Part shown: positions 54,046 to 62,149 of the stretch, one piece after another
Position numbering within the stretch: the first letter of the stretch is position 1
Layout: every line of letters starts with the position of its first letter
Source of the DNA: an uncultured Trueperaceae bacterium
Lineage (GTDB): Bacteria > Deinococcota > Deinococci > Deinococcales > Trueperaceae
Length of the DNA stretch: 64,000 nucleotides
Direction of reading: 5' to 3'
NCBI GenBank assembly: GCA_963815215.1
Contig: CAWFFU010000014.1
Span: forward strand, 1 to 64,000
The notes under the pieces: generated by a model
Databases searched by the model: none
What the model saw: only the letters and a program-made list of their open reading frames with translations
Told to the model about the DNA's origin: nothing
Translations under genes and position numbers: made by a program

Positions 54046-56328
54046 GTGGCGGCGAGCGTCGGTCCGAGGGTGGTGCCGGGCATCGACCGCCTGCTGGCCG
54101 ATCCCGGACGCTGGCTGCGGGGGCGGCGGGTGGCGCTGCTGGCCAACCAGGCGTCGCTCGCGTCCGATCACCGGCCCAGCGTCGACGCCCTGGCGGCGGC
54201 CCTGCCCGGGGGTCTGACGGCGTTGCTGACGCCCGAGCACGGCTCCAGCGGCTTCGAGGACGACGCCACCGACGTCCCGGACGGCCGGGACCCTCGCAGC
54301 GGGTTGCCCCTGGTCAGCCTCTACGGCCCGCGCCGGCGTCCCGATCCGGAGCTGCTGCGTGGGCTCGACGCGGTGGTCGTGGACCTGCGCGACGTCGGAG
54401 CGCGCTGCTACACCTACGCCACCAGCGTGGCGCTGCTGCTCGAGGCGGCCGCCGAGACCGGCACCGAGGTGGTGCTGTGCGACCGCCCTTCCCCGCTCGG
54501 CGGCCGGCTCGACGGGCCCGCCCTGGAGCCGGCCCGGCGCTCGTTCCTGGGCTACCTGGAGGTGCCCTTCCAGCACGGCCTGACCCTCGGGGAGCTGGCG
54601 AGCCGGCACGCGCGCCGGCTCGGTGGCGCGCCGCTGCGCGTGATCGCGGTCGAAGGCTGGCGCCGCGGCGCGCCGGACGAAGGCGGCTTCGTGCCGCCGT
54701 CGCCCGGCCTGCCCTCGGCCGCCGCCGTGGCGCTGTACCCCGGGCTGGTGGCGCTGGAGGGCACCGAGCTCTCCGAGGGCCGTGGCACCCCGCTCCCCTT
54801 CGAGCTGGTGGGCGGCCCCGACCTCGATGGGCACGCGCTCGCCCGCGACCTCAACGCCCTCGCTCCGGCGGGCGTGTGGGCGCGCCCGCTGGCCTTCCGG
54901 CCGGACAGCGGCAAGCTCGCGGGCCGCGCGTGCCAGGGCGTCCAGCTCCACCTCAGCGACGCCGCCGCGCTCCGGCCGCTGGAGCTCGGCGCCGCCGTGC
55001 TGCGCCTCCTGTTCGCGGCCGGCAAGGTCCGCTGGCGCCCGTCGTCGGCGATGCCCTGGGCGCAGGCGCCGGAGGCGGGGCAGCCCTGGCACGAGCCGGT
55101 CGAGGGGTTGCTGGTCGACGCTCTGCTGGGCGACGACAGCTTCCGCGCTGTGGTGGAGGGGCGAGTGGCCTTCGCGGAGGCGTCCGAGCGCTGGGCGGAG
55201 CAGCACCGGGCCTTCCTGCAGGAGCTCGACGGCGATCTACTGTACGGTCCCGCTCCGTGGCCGTCCGCTCCACCGTCCGCTGCGTCGGCGGCTGCGTCGG
55301 CGGCTGCGTCGACCGCCTCCCGCGGCGCCTCCGGCGGGTCGGGGCCGATCACGGCGCCGCCGGACGTACTCGGCGCCGGGTCGGCGGCGCCGCGGGGCGG
55401 CCCGCTCGGCCTCGGCATCGACGCCGGCGGCTCGAGCCTGCGCTGGCGCCTCGAGGGTCCCGCCGGGGCCGTGGCGGAAGGCCGGCTGGCCCCGCTGGCC
55501 GGCCACCTCTACGACGGCGCCGGACGCAGCGACGCCGGCGCCCGGTTGAGCGAGCTGGCGGCCGCGGTGGCCGTGGCGGTGGCCGCCGCCGCGGCCGTAC
55601 CGCCGACGGCGGTCGTCGCCGGCGTCACGGGCCTGACGCCGGCCGGCGCCGAGGCCGCCTGGCTGAGCCGCGAGCTGGCCGCCAGGCTGGGCCTGAGCGA
55701 GCCGGCGGTGACCGTGCTCGACGACATCGAGCTGGCCTTCAGGGCGGCCTTCCCGGCCGCCGACGGCGTCCTGGTGTACGCCGGCACCGGCGCGATCGCC
55801 GTGGCCCGGGCGGACGGGCAGCGACTCCGGGCAGGCGGCCACGGTTACCTCCTCGACGACGACGGGGGCGGCTTCTCGATCGGCCGGGCGGCGCTCCGGA
55901 GCGTGTTGCGGGAGGCCGACGCTGCCGGCGCAGCGCCGGTGTCAGGCCTGGCGAGGGAGCTGTACCAGGCGACCGGGGGCGCCGACTGGGACCGGGTGCG
56001 CGCCTACGTCTACGGCGGCGGCCGCGGCGCAGTGGCGGCGCTGGTGCCGCGGGTCGCGCAGGCCGCGGCCGACGGGGACGACGGGGCACGCGCCATCCTG
56101 GCGTGGGCCGGCGAGGAGCTGGGGCGGCTCGCCCGGCTGTTGCTGCGGCGTTGCGGCGGGGCGCGTCCGGTGGCTCTGGCGGGGGGCGTGGCCAGGGTCG
56201 GCGGCACGCTCGAGGCGAGCTTCCGCGCGTCGGTGCCGGCCGGCGTCGAGGTCCGCGTGCTCACGGACGAGCCGGTCCGCGTGGCGGCCCGCCTGGCGCG
56301 CGCGGCGGCCGTCCGGGGTGCGCGCTGA
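54046..56328 (+). CDS. Fusion of exo-beta-N-acetylmuramidase NamZ (DUF1343) and a BadF/BadG-family N-acetylhexosamine kinase
   Basis: NamZ part to ~55245: NQAS, PEHG, SLYG, D.RDVG.R.YTY, DRP.PLGG, HGLT.GEL, SEGRGT..PFE, LLY. Kinase part from ~55405: GIDAGGS, AGTG, GG.G..LDD.G.G..IG, AGGV. A Ser/Ala/Pro linker joins them with no stop. Confidence 0.8.
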   Translation: MAASVGPRVVPGIDRLLADPGRWLRGRRVALLANQASLASDHRPSVDALAAALPGGLTALLTPEHGSSGFEDDATDVPDGRDPRSGLPLVSLYGPRRRPDPELLRGLDAVVVDLRDVGARCYTYATSVALLLEAAAETGTEVVLCDRPSPLGGRLDGPALEPARRSFLGYLEVPFQHGLTLGELASRHARRLGGAPLRVIAVEGWRRGAPDEGGFVPPSPGLPSAAAVALYPGLVALEGTELSEGRGTPLPFELVGGPDLDGHALARDLNALAPAGVWARPLAFRPDSGKLAGRACQGVQLHLSDAAALRPLELGAAVLRLLFAAGKVRWRPSSAMPWAQAPEAGQPWHEPVEGLLVDALLGDDSFRAVVEGRVAFAEASERWAEQHRAFLQELDGDLLYGPAPWPSAPPSAASAAASAAASTASRGASGGSGPITAPPDVLGAGSAAPRGGPLGLGIDAGGSSLRWRLEGPAGAVAEGRLAPLAGHLYDGAGRSDAGARLSELAAAVAVAVAAAAAVPPTAVVAGVTGLTPAGAEAAWLSRELAARLGLSEPAVTVLDDIELAFRAAFPAADGVLVYAGTGAIAVARADGQRLRAGGHGYLLDDDGGGFSIGRAALRSVLREADAAGAAPVSGLARELYQATGGADWDRVRAYVYGGGRGAVAALVPRVAQAAADGDDGARAILAWAGEELGRLARLLLRRCGGARPVALAGGVARVGGTLEASFRASVPAGVEVRVLTDEPVRVAARLARAAAVRGAR

Positions 56329-56439
56329 CGCTTCGACGACGCTTGACCGGCGCCGGGTCCACGGAGTCCCCGGGCTCACGGAAGCGCCGGGCGCTCGGAC
56401 GCGGTCACGACGACGCCGACGCCCAGGGCGCGGGTCCGC

Positions 56440-57441
56440 TCAGCCCGGCCCCGTCGCCTCCCGCACGAAGCGGAGCTGCTCCAGGACGTGATGCGTCTCC
56501 CCGCCCTCGTGCTCGTTGAAGCGGTACAGGCGCATCGTCTTGGGTCCGGCGTAGTGGTTGAAGGCTGCGAACACGGTCGACGGCGGCGAGATGGGGTCCA
56601 TCAGACCGGCCGAGAACAGGGCTCGGGCCGAGGCGCGGGCCGCGAAGTTCATGCCGTCGAAGTAGGCCAGGGTCGCGAAGACGGCGTCCACCTTGGTGCG
56701 GTGCACCTTGCAGTAGGCGGCGATCTCCGCGTAGGGCGTAGCGTCGGTGATGGTGGCGGCCCGCTCGAAGTGGCACAGGAACGGCACGTCGGGTAGCGCC
56801 AGCGGCAGGTCGGGAACGAGTCCCGCCAGCGCCAGCGTCACGCCGCCGCCCTGACTCCGGCCCGTGGCGGCGACACGCCGGGCGTCGACGGCGGGGTGGG
56901 CGCGCAGCGTGGCGAGCGCGCGCACCGCATCGGTGTACAGGCGGCGGTAGTAGTAGCTCTCCGGGTCGAGGATGCCCGCCGTCATGAAGCCGGGGTGGTG
57001 GGGGCCGGCGGCGTTGGGGCCGGCGGCGCTGGAGTCGGCGGCGCTGGGGTCGTTGGTGGCGCCCTCCAGCCAGGCGCTCCCCTGGCCGCGGGTGTCCATC
57101 ACCAGCGTGGCGTAGCCGGCGCTGGGCCACAGCAGCCAGTCGACCGGGAAGCCGCGGCCGCCGCCGTAGCCGATGAACTCCACCATCCCCGGTAGCGGCC
57201 CGTCGCGGTGCCTGGGCAGCAGCAACCAGCCGCGCACCGGCTGGCCCGCGAAGCCCGCGAAGGTCACGTCGAAGGCTTCGATGGTGGCCAGGCCGGCATC
57301 GAACGGCTCGAAGCGCGGATCCCAGGCCTGTGCTTCGGCGTCGGCGAGGGTCGCCTTCCAGAAGGTGTCGAAGTCGTCGGGCGCGGTGAGGGGCGGACGG
57401 TAGCGCTCCAGCTCCTCGAGGGGAAGGTCGAAGACGGCCAT
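56440..57441 (-). CDS. Carbohydrate esterase family 7 (acetyl xylan esterase/cephalosporin-C deacetylase)
   Basis: P.DFD.FW, DTRGQ, G.SQGG (catalytic Ser), GLMD...PPSTVFAA.N, HE. Confidence 0.9.
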   Translation of the reverse strand: MAVFDLPLEELERYRPPLTAPDDFDTFWKATLADAEAQAWDPRFEPFDAGLATIEAFDVTFAGFAGQPVRGWLLLPRHRDGPLPGMVEFIGYGGGRGFPVDWLLWPSAGYATLVMDTRGQGSAWLEGATNDPSAADSSAAGPNAAGPHHPGFMTAGILDPESYYYRRLYTDAVRALATLRAHPAVDARRVAATGRSQGGGVTLALAGLVPDLPLALPDVPFLCHFERAATITDATPYAEIAAYCKVHRTKVDAVFATLAYFDGMNFAARASARALFSAGLMDPISPPSTVFAAFNHYAGPKTMRLYRFNEHEGGETHHVLEQLRFVREATGPG

Positions 57442-57507
57442 GGGCTTCCTTCCTCGCGGGTCGGCCCGCGGGCACGTCCAGGCTACCCGCTCCGCGGGGG
57501 GCGGCGC

Positions 57508-58356
57508 TCAGACGTCGCGGCCGCGGAGGGTGGGGTCGAGCAGATCCCGCATGCCGTCGCCGAAGAGGTTGAACCCCAGCGAGGCGAGCAGGATCGCGAA
57601 CCCCGAGAAGATCGACACCCAGGGCGAGAGCAGCATGTAGTCGCGGCTCTGCGAGAGCATCAGGCCCAGCGATGGGGTCGGCGGCTGCGTCCCGAGCCCG
57701 AGGAAGCTGAGGCTGGCCTCGACCAGGATGGCAGTCGAGAGCGAGAGCGTGGTCTGCACCAGGATGGGCGCCAGGATGTTGGGCAGGACGTGTCGCATGA
57801 CGATGCGCCCGCCGCCCGCTCCCACGGCGCGCGCCGCGGCGACGTAGTCCCACGACAGCACCGTCAACGCAGGCCCGCGGGCGAGGCGCGCGAAGATCGG
57901 GGTGTAGACGATGCCGATGGCGAGGGCCGTGTTCGGGCCTCCCGGCCCCAGCACCGCCAGCACGGCGATGGCCAGCAGGATGATGGGGAACGCCAGCAGC
58001 ACGTCCATGAGGCGCATCAGCAGGCGATCGACCCAGCCGCCCAGGTAGGCGGCGACCAGCCCGATGGTCGAGCCCAGCAGCGTCGACAGGGCGACGGCGC
58101 CGAACGACACGCCGATGGAAGTGCGGTAGCCGTAGAGGATGCGCGCCAGGGTGTCGCGGCCGAAGTTGTCGGTGCCCAGGAGGTGGTGGAGGCTGGGGCC
58201 CTTGAAGCGTTCCAGCACGCTCTGGTGCAGCGGGTCGATACCGACGATCCAGGGTCCGATGCCCGCCGCCAGCGCGACCAGCAGGGCCAGCACGAAACCG
58301 AGCATGCCGACGCGGTTGCGCCACAGCCGGGCGAAGAAGTGACGCAGCGGAGCCAT
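57508..58356 (-). CDS. Peptide/nickel ABC permease (DppC-like)
   Basis: HLLGTD..GRD.LAR..YG, YV.AARA.G, HVLPN, EASLSFLGLG.QPP.PS.G. Confidence 0.92.
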   Translation of the reverse strand: MAPLRHFFARLWRNRVGMLGFVLALLVALAAGIGPWIVGIDPLHQSVLERFKGPSLHHLLGTDNFGRDTLARILYGYRTSIGVSFGAVALSTLLGSTIGLVAAYLGGWVDRLLMRLMDVLLAFPIILLAIAVLAVLGPGGPNTALAIGIVYTPIFARLARGPALTVLSWDYVAAARAVGAGGGRIVMRHVLPNILAPILVQTTLSLSTAILVEASLSFLGLGTQPPTPSLGLMLSQSRDYMLLSPWVSIFSGFAILLASLGFNLFGDGMRDLLDPTLRGRDV

Positions 58357-59306
58357 CACGAGTACTCCACCCGCGGGTCGATCCAGGCGTAGGCCAGGTC
58401 GACGAGCAGGTTGACCACCACGAACACCGCGGTGATGACCAGGACGATCCCCTGGATCAGGGGGTAGTTGCGCTGGTTGATGGCGCCGATGATGAGCCGC
58501 CCGATGCCGGGGATGGCGAACACCTGCTCGATGACCACCACGCCCGACAGCAAGTAGCCGAGCTGCACGCCGATGACCGTCACGACCGGGATCATGGCGT
58601 TGCGCAGGGCGTGCTTGTAGAGCACGGGCCGTTCCGCCAGGCCCTTGGAGCGGGCCGTACGGACGTAGTCGGTGTTCAGCACCTCGAGCAGGCTCGAGCG
58701 CAGGATGCGCGTCAGCCCGGCGATCATCGGCAGCGACACCGCCACCACCGGCAGCGCCATGCGCGCCAGGTTCCCGAGCGGGTCCTGGTTGAACGGCACG
58801 TAGCCGATGGCCGGCCAGCCCGGCAGGTAGAGCGAGAACACCAGCAGCATCAGCACGCCCACCCAGAAGGTGGGGAGCGTCAGCCCCACGATCGACAGCA
58901 CCCGCACCACCAGGTCGCTGGCGCTGCCGCGCGCGCGCGCGGCCAGCACCCCGAGCGGGAAGGCCAGCACCAGCGCCAGCACCAGGGCCAGCCCGGTGAT
59001 CTCCAGGGTGGCGGGGGCGCGTGCCAGGATCTCGGCGCTCACCGGCCGCCCGGTCCAGATGCTGATGCCCAGGTCGCCGTGGAGCACGCCCGTCAGCCAG
59101 CGCCAGTACTGCGTATGGATGGGCAGATCCAGCCCCAGGCTGTGGCGCAGCGCGGCCACGCGGTCCGGGGTGATGTCGGTGTTGGCGCCCAGCATGATCT
59201 CGACGGCGTCGCCGGGGATGAAGCGCACCATCAGGAAGACCAGGATGGACACGCCCAGCAGGACGAAGGCGAGGTCGGCGAGGCGACGGAAGACGTAAGC
59301 GATCAT
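58356..59306 (-). CDS. Peptide/nickel ABC permease (DppB-like)
   Basis: PGD, LGLD.P...QY..W, GDLG.S, DYVRTARSKG, HALRNA, E.VF..PG.G, DPR. Confidence 0.92.
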   Translation of the reverse strand: MIAYVFRRLADLAFVLLGVSILVFLMVRFIPGDAVEIMLGANTDITPDRVAALRHSLGLDLPIHTQYWRWLTGVLHGDLGISIWTGRPVSAEILARAPATLEITGLALVLALVLAFPLGVLAARARGSASDLVVRVLSIVGLTLPTFWVGVLMLLVFSLYLPGWPAIGYVPFNQDPLGNLARMALPVVAVSLPMIAGLTRILRSSLLEVLNTDYVRTARSKGLAERPVLYKHALRNAMIPVVTVIGVQLGYLLSGVVVIEQVFAIPGIGRLIIGAINQRNYPLIQGIVLVITAVFVVVNLLVDLAYAWIDPRVEYS

Positions 59307-59430
59307 GCGGGCACGGGTCTCATACGCGAACCTGGAACGCGCGGGGGCGCGAGAGAGGGGTGAGGGCGCGTGCGCCCCCACCCCAGGCTAGCCCGGAGCG
59401 CCGCTCCGGGGGTGACACGGGACGGCGGCA

Positions 59431-60930
59431 CTAGGGCAGGCTCACCTCGCGCAGGTACTGCAGACTGCGCGTGGCCATCTGCTGGTAGCCCTTGACGTTG
59501 TCGCGCAGGCCGGTGAAGAGGGTGCCGTAGGCGATGTGGACGATCGGCCCGGTGCAGGCGAGCTGCTTCTGGAGGTTGTCGTAGATCCCCTGGCGCTTGC
59601 TCATGTCGGTGGTGGTGCGCCCCTGGTCGAGCAGCGTGTCGACCGAGGGATCGCTGAACTTGAAGACGTTGGTCGGCCCGCCGGTGTGGAAGGTCCGGTA
59701 GAGGTAACCGTCGGGATCGGTCGCACCGCCGTTGAGGCTGACGAACATGTCGAAGTTCGAGTTCTTCCAGTCCTGGACGAACTTGCCGAACTCCTCGACG
59801 TCGACCTTGGCGTCGATGCCGACCTCCGCGAGCTGCGCCTGCAGCACCTGGGCGGTGTCGGCGACCTCCTTGATGGTGCCGAAGGTGATGATCGTGGTCT
59901 TGAAGCCGTTCGGGTAGCCGGCCTCGGCGAGGAGCTGCTTGGCCTTGGCCACGCTGGGCTGGTAGCAGGGGAACTGCGAGACCGGTACCGCCCAGTCCTT
60001 CAGCGCCGGGCTGAGCGGGCCGCCCGGCACGGCGTTGCCGAGGTAGACGGCCTGCACGATGTCGGACCGGTTCACCGCGTAGTTGATGGCCTCACGCACG
60101 CGCGGATCGTCGAAGGGCTTGCGGCTGACGTTGAGGCCGAGCAGAGAGTAGGCCAGGTCCTGCGTACCCATGATGGTGACGCCGCCGGCGTTCTTGAGCG
60201 TCTGCGCGGTGACGGGGTCGACGGTGGGGAGGAACTGGTAGGTGCCGGTGCGCAGCCCCGCCGCCCGGGTGGAGGCCTCGGGGACGATGTTGAACTTCAG
60301 CTCGGCCACCTTGGGCTCGCCCGGCCGGTAGTAGTCGGGGTTCGCCTTGAGCAGCACGTAGGTGTCGGGGACGACCTTCTCGAGCTCGAACGGGCCGGTG
60401 CCGACCGCCACCTTCTGCAGGTTGCCGTTGGCCTCGACGACCTCCTTGGGGACGACGAAGAGGTTGGTGAGGTTGGCCAGGAAGGGCGCGAACGGCTCCT
60501 TCAGGGTGAAGGTCACCTGGTAGGGCCCGGTGGCCTTGATGGTGGACACCCCGCTGAAGCGGCTGGCCTGCGGGGAGCCGGTCTTGGGGTCCATGATGCG
60601 ATCGAAGGAGTAGACCACGTCGGCCGAGGTCATCTCGCGGCCGTTGTGGAACTTCACGCCCTTGCGCAGGTCGAAGGTGTAGCTGAGGCCGTCAGGGGAG
60701 ACGGTCCAGGACGTCGCCAGCGCGGGCTCGAGCTGGAGCTTGCTGTTGAGCTCCAGCAGGCCCTCGTAGATCTGGCCCACCACAGCGAACGAGGAGAAGG
60801 CCGTCACGATGTCGGGGTCGAGCCCGACCGGCGACTGATCGACGGCGATCTCGAGCGTTCCCTTCTGCGCGTATGCCAGGCTCACCGCGGTGACGAGCAC
60901 CGCCAGGAGCAGACCGATCCGGATCCGCAT
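59431..60930 (-). CDS. Family-5 ABC substrate-binding protein (DppA-like)
   Basis: Signal peptide, LDP, P.LA.SW..S.DG..YTF.LR.GVKFHNG, GTGPF, PFDD.RVR.A; GAAGGAGG RBS. Confidence 0.9.
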   Translation of the reverse strand: MRIRIGLLLAVLVTAVSLAYAQKGTLEIAVDQSPVGLDPDIVTAFSSFAVVGQIYEGLLELNSKLQLEPALATSWTVSPDGLSYTFDLRKGVKFHNGREMTSADVVYSFDRIMDPKTGSPQASRFSGVSTIKATGPYQVTFTLKEPFAPFLANLTNLFVVPKEVVEANGNLQKVAVGTGPFELEKVVPDTYVLLKANPDYYRPGEPKVAELKFNIVPEASTRAAGLRTGTYQFLPTVDPVTAQTLKNAGGVTIMGTQDLAYSLLGLNVSRKPFDDPRVREAINYAVNRSDIVQAVYLGNAVPGGPLSPALKDWAVPVSQFPCYQPSVAKAKQLLAEAGYPNGFKTTIITFGTIKEVADTAQVLQAQLAEVGIDAKVDVEEFGKFVQDWKNSNFDMFVSLNGGATDPDGYLYRTFHTGGPTNVFKFSDPSVDTLLDQGRTTTDMSKRQGIYDNLQKQLACTGPIVHIAYGTLFTGLRDNVKGYQQMATRSLQYLREVSLP

Positions 60931-61063
60931 GTCCAACCTCCTTCTACTGTAGTGGCAACGAAGGCCGTTCCCCACGCGAGCCACAGCTGCCGACGGAACC
61001 TCTGCGACGCGGCCAGTGTACCATTCCAAGACCAATCGCTTCAATCGTGCTAGCGTGGCCGCC

Positions 61064-62149
61064 ATGAACGACGCAACTGCGGCCGAGAACCGCGGCCGGG
61101 CGGCCGTCGCGGCCGCCCTCGAGGCCGCGGTGGCGGACGGAACGGTGCCGGGCGGCGTGATCCTGGTCGCCGGTGCGGATCACGTGTGGGAGCCGGTCAT
61201 CGCCGGCGTGCGGCGCTACGGCGGCGAGCGCGTGACGGCCGACACCCGCTACGATCTGGCTTCACTCACCAAGGTGGTCGGTTGCCTGAGCGCGCTGCTG
61301 AGGCTCCTCGACGCCGGCGCGTTGCGGCTTGACGACCGCGTCCGGCGCTTCTTCAGCAACGCCGGCTGGTTCCAGGAGCCCTCGCTCGGCGACGTGAGCC
61401 TGGAGGCGCTCGCCACCCACGTGTCCGGCCTGCCGGCATGGCGTCCGTTGTTCACGCAGGCCGCCGACCGGCGCATGGGCATCGCCGGCGTGCTGCAGAC
61501 GCCGCTGGAAGCGCACGCCGGCCGTTACCGCTACTCCGACCTGGGCGTCATCGCCCTGACCGCCGTGATCGAGCGGGTCGCCGGCGAGCGGATCGACGCC
61601 CTGCTGGCGCGCGAGGTCTTCGCGCCGCTCGGCATGGAGCGCACCGGCTACGGTCCGCTCGATGCCGGCCTGCCCGTCGCCGCCACCGAGGACGACGGCC
61701 TGCGCGGCGGCGTGCTGCAGGGGGTCGTGCACGACGAGAACGCCTGGGCCCTGGGGGGCGTCTCCGGGCACGCCGGCCTGTTCGCGCCGGCCGCGGACGT
61801 GATCGCCTTGGGCCGGGCCTGGCTGAGGCTCCAGGCGCCTTTCGCTTCGGAGCGCGTGCTGCGCGCCGCCCTGCTCGACCGCTCCGCCGGCGAGGGGCCG
61901 CGGCGCGGGCTGCTGTGGCGGTTGCGCGAGGACGACTGGCCGTTCGGGCCCGAGGCGACGGAGGCGGCGTTCGGGCATACCGGGTTCACGGGGACCAGCC
62001 TGGTCGTCGAGCCCCGGCAGGGCTGGACGGTGGCCCTGCTGACCAACCGGGTGCACCCGACCCGGGAGGCGGGCGCCGGCATCGACGGGCTGCGCCGGCG
62101 CGTCCACGGCCTGGTGGCCGGCGCGTTCGGCGAGGAGGTGATCGGATGA
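61064..62149 (+). CDS. Beta-lactamase-fold serine hydrolase (AmiE/YbbE-like), no signal peptide
   Basis: SLTK (SxxK), YSD, G.VHDENA..LGGVSGHAGLF, HTGFTGT, LLTNRVHP; ATGA overlap with anmK. Confidence 0.82.
   Translation: MNDATAAENRGRAAVAAALEAAVADGTVPGGVILVAGADHVWEPVIAGVRRYGGERVTADTRYDLASLTKVVGCLSALLRLLDAGALRLDDRVRRFFSNAGWFQEPSLGDVSLEALATHVSGLPAWRPLFTQAADRRMGIAGVLQTPLEAHAGRYRYSDLGVIALTAVIERVAGERIDALLAREVFAPLGMERTGYGPLDAGLPVAATEDDGLRGGVLQGVVHDENAWALGGVSGHAGLFAPAADVIALGRAWLRLQAPFASERVLRAALLDRSAGEGPRRGLLWRLREDDWPFGPEATEAAFGHTGFTGTSLVVEPRQGWTVALLTNRVHPTREAGAGIDGLRRRVHGLVAGAFGEEVIG

Noticed and set aside
61064..62149. Class C beta-lactamase resistance gene
   Set aside because: No signal peptide, and the VHDENA motif and anmK coupling fit murein-recycling hydrolases better.
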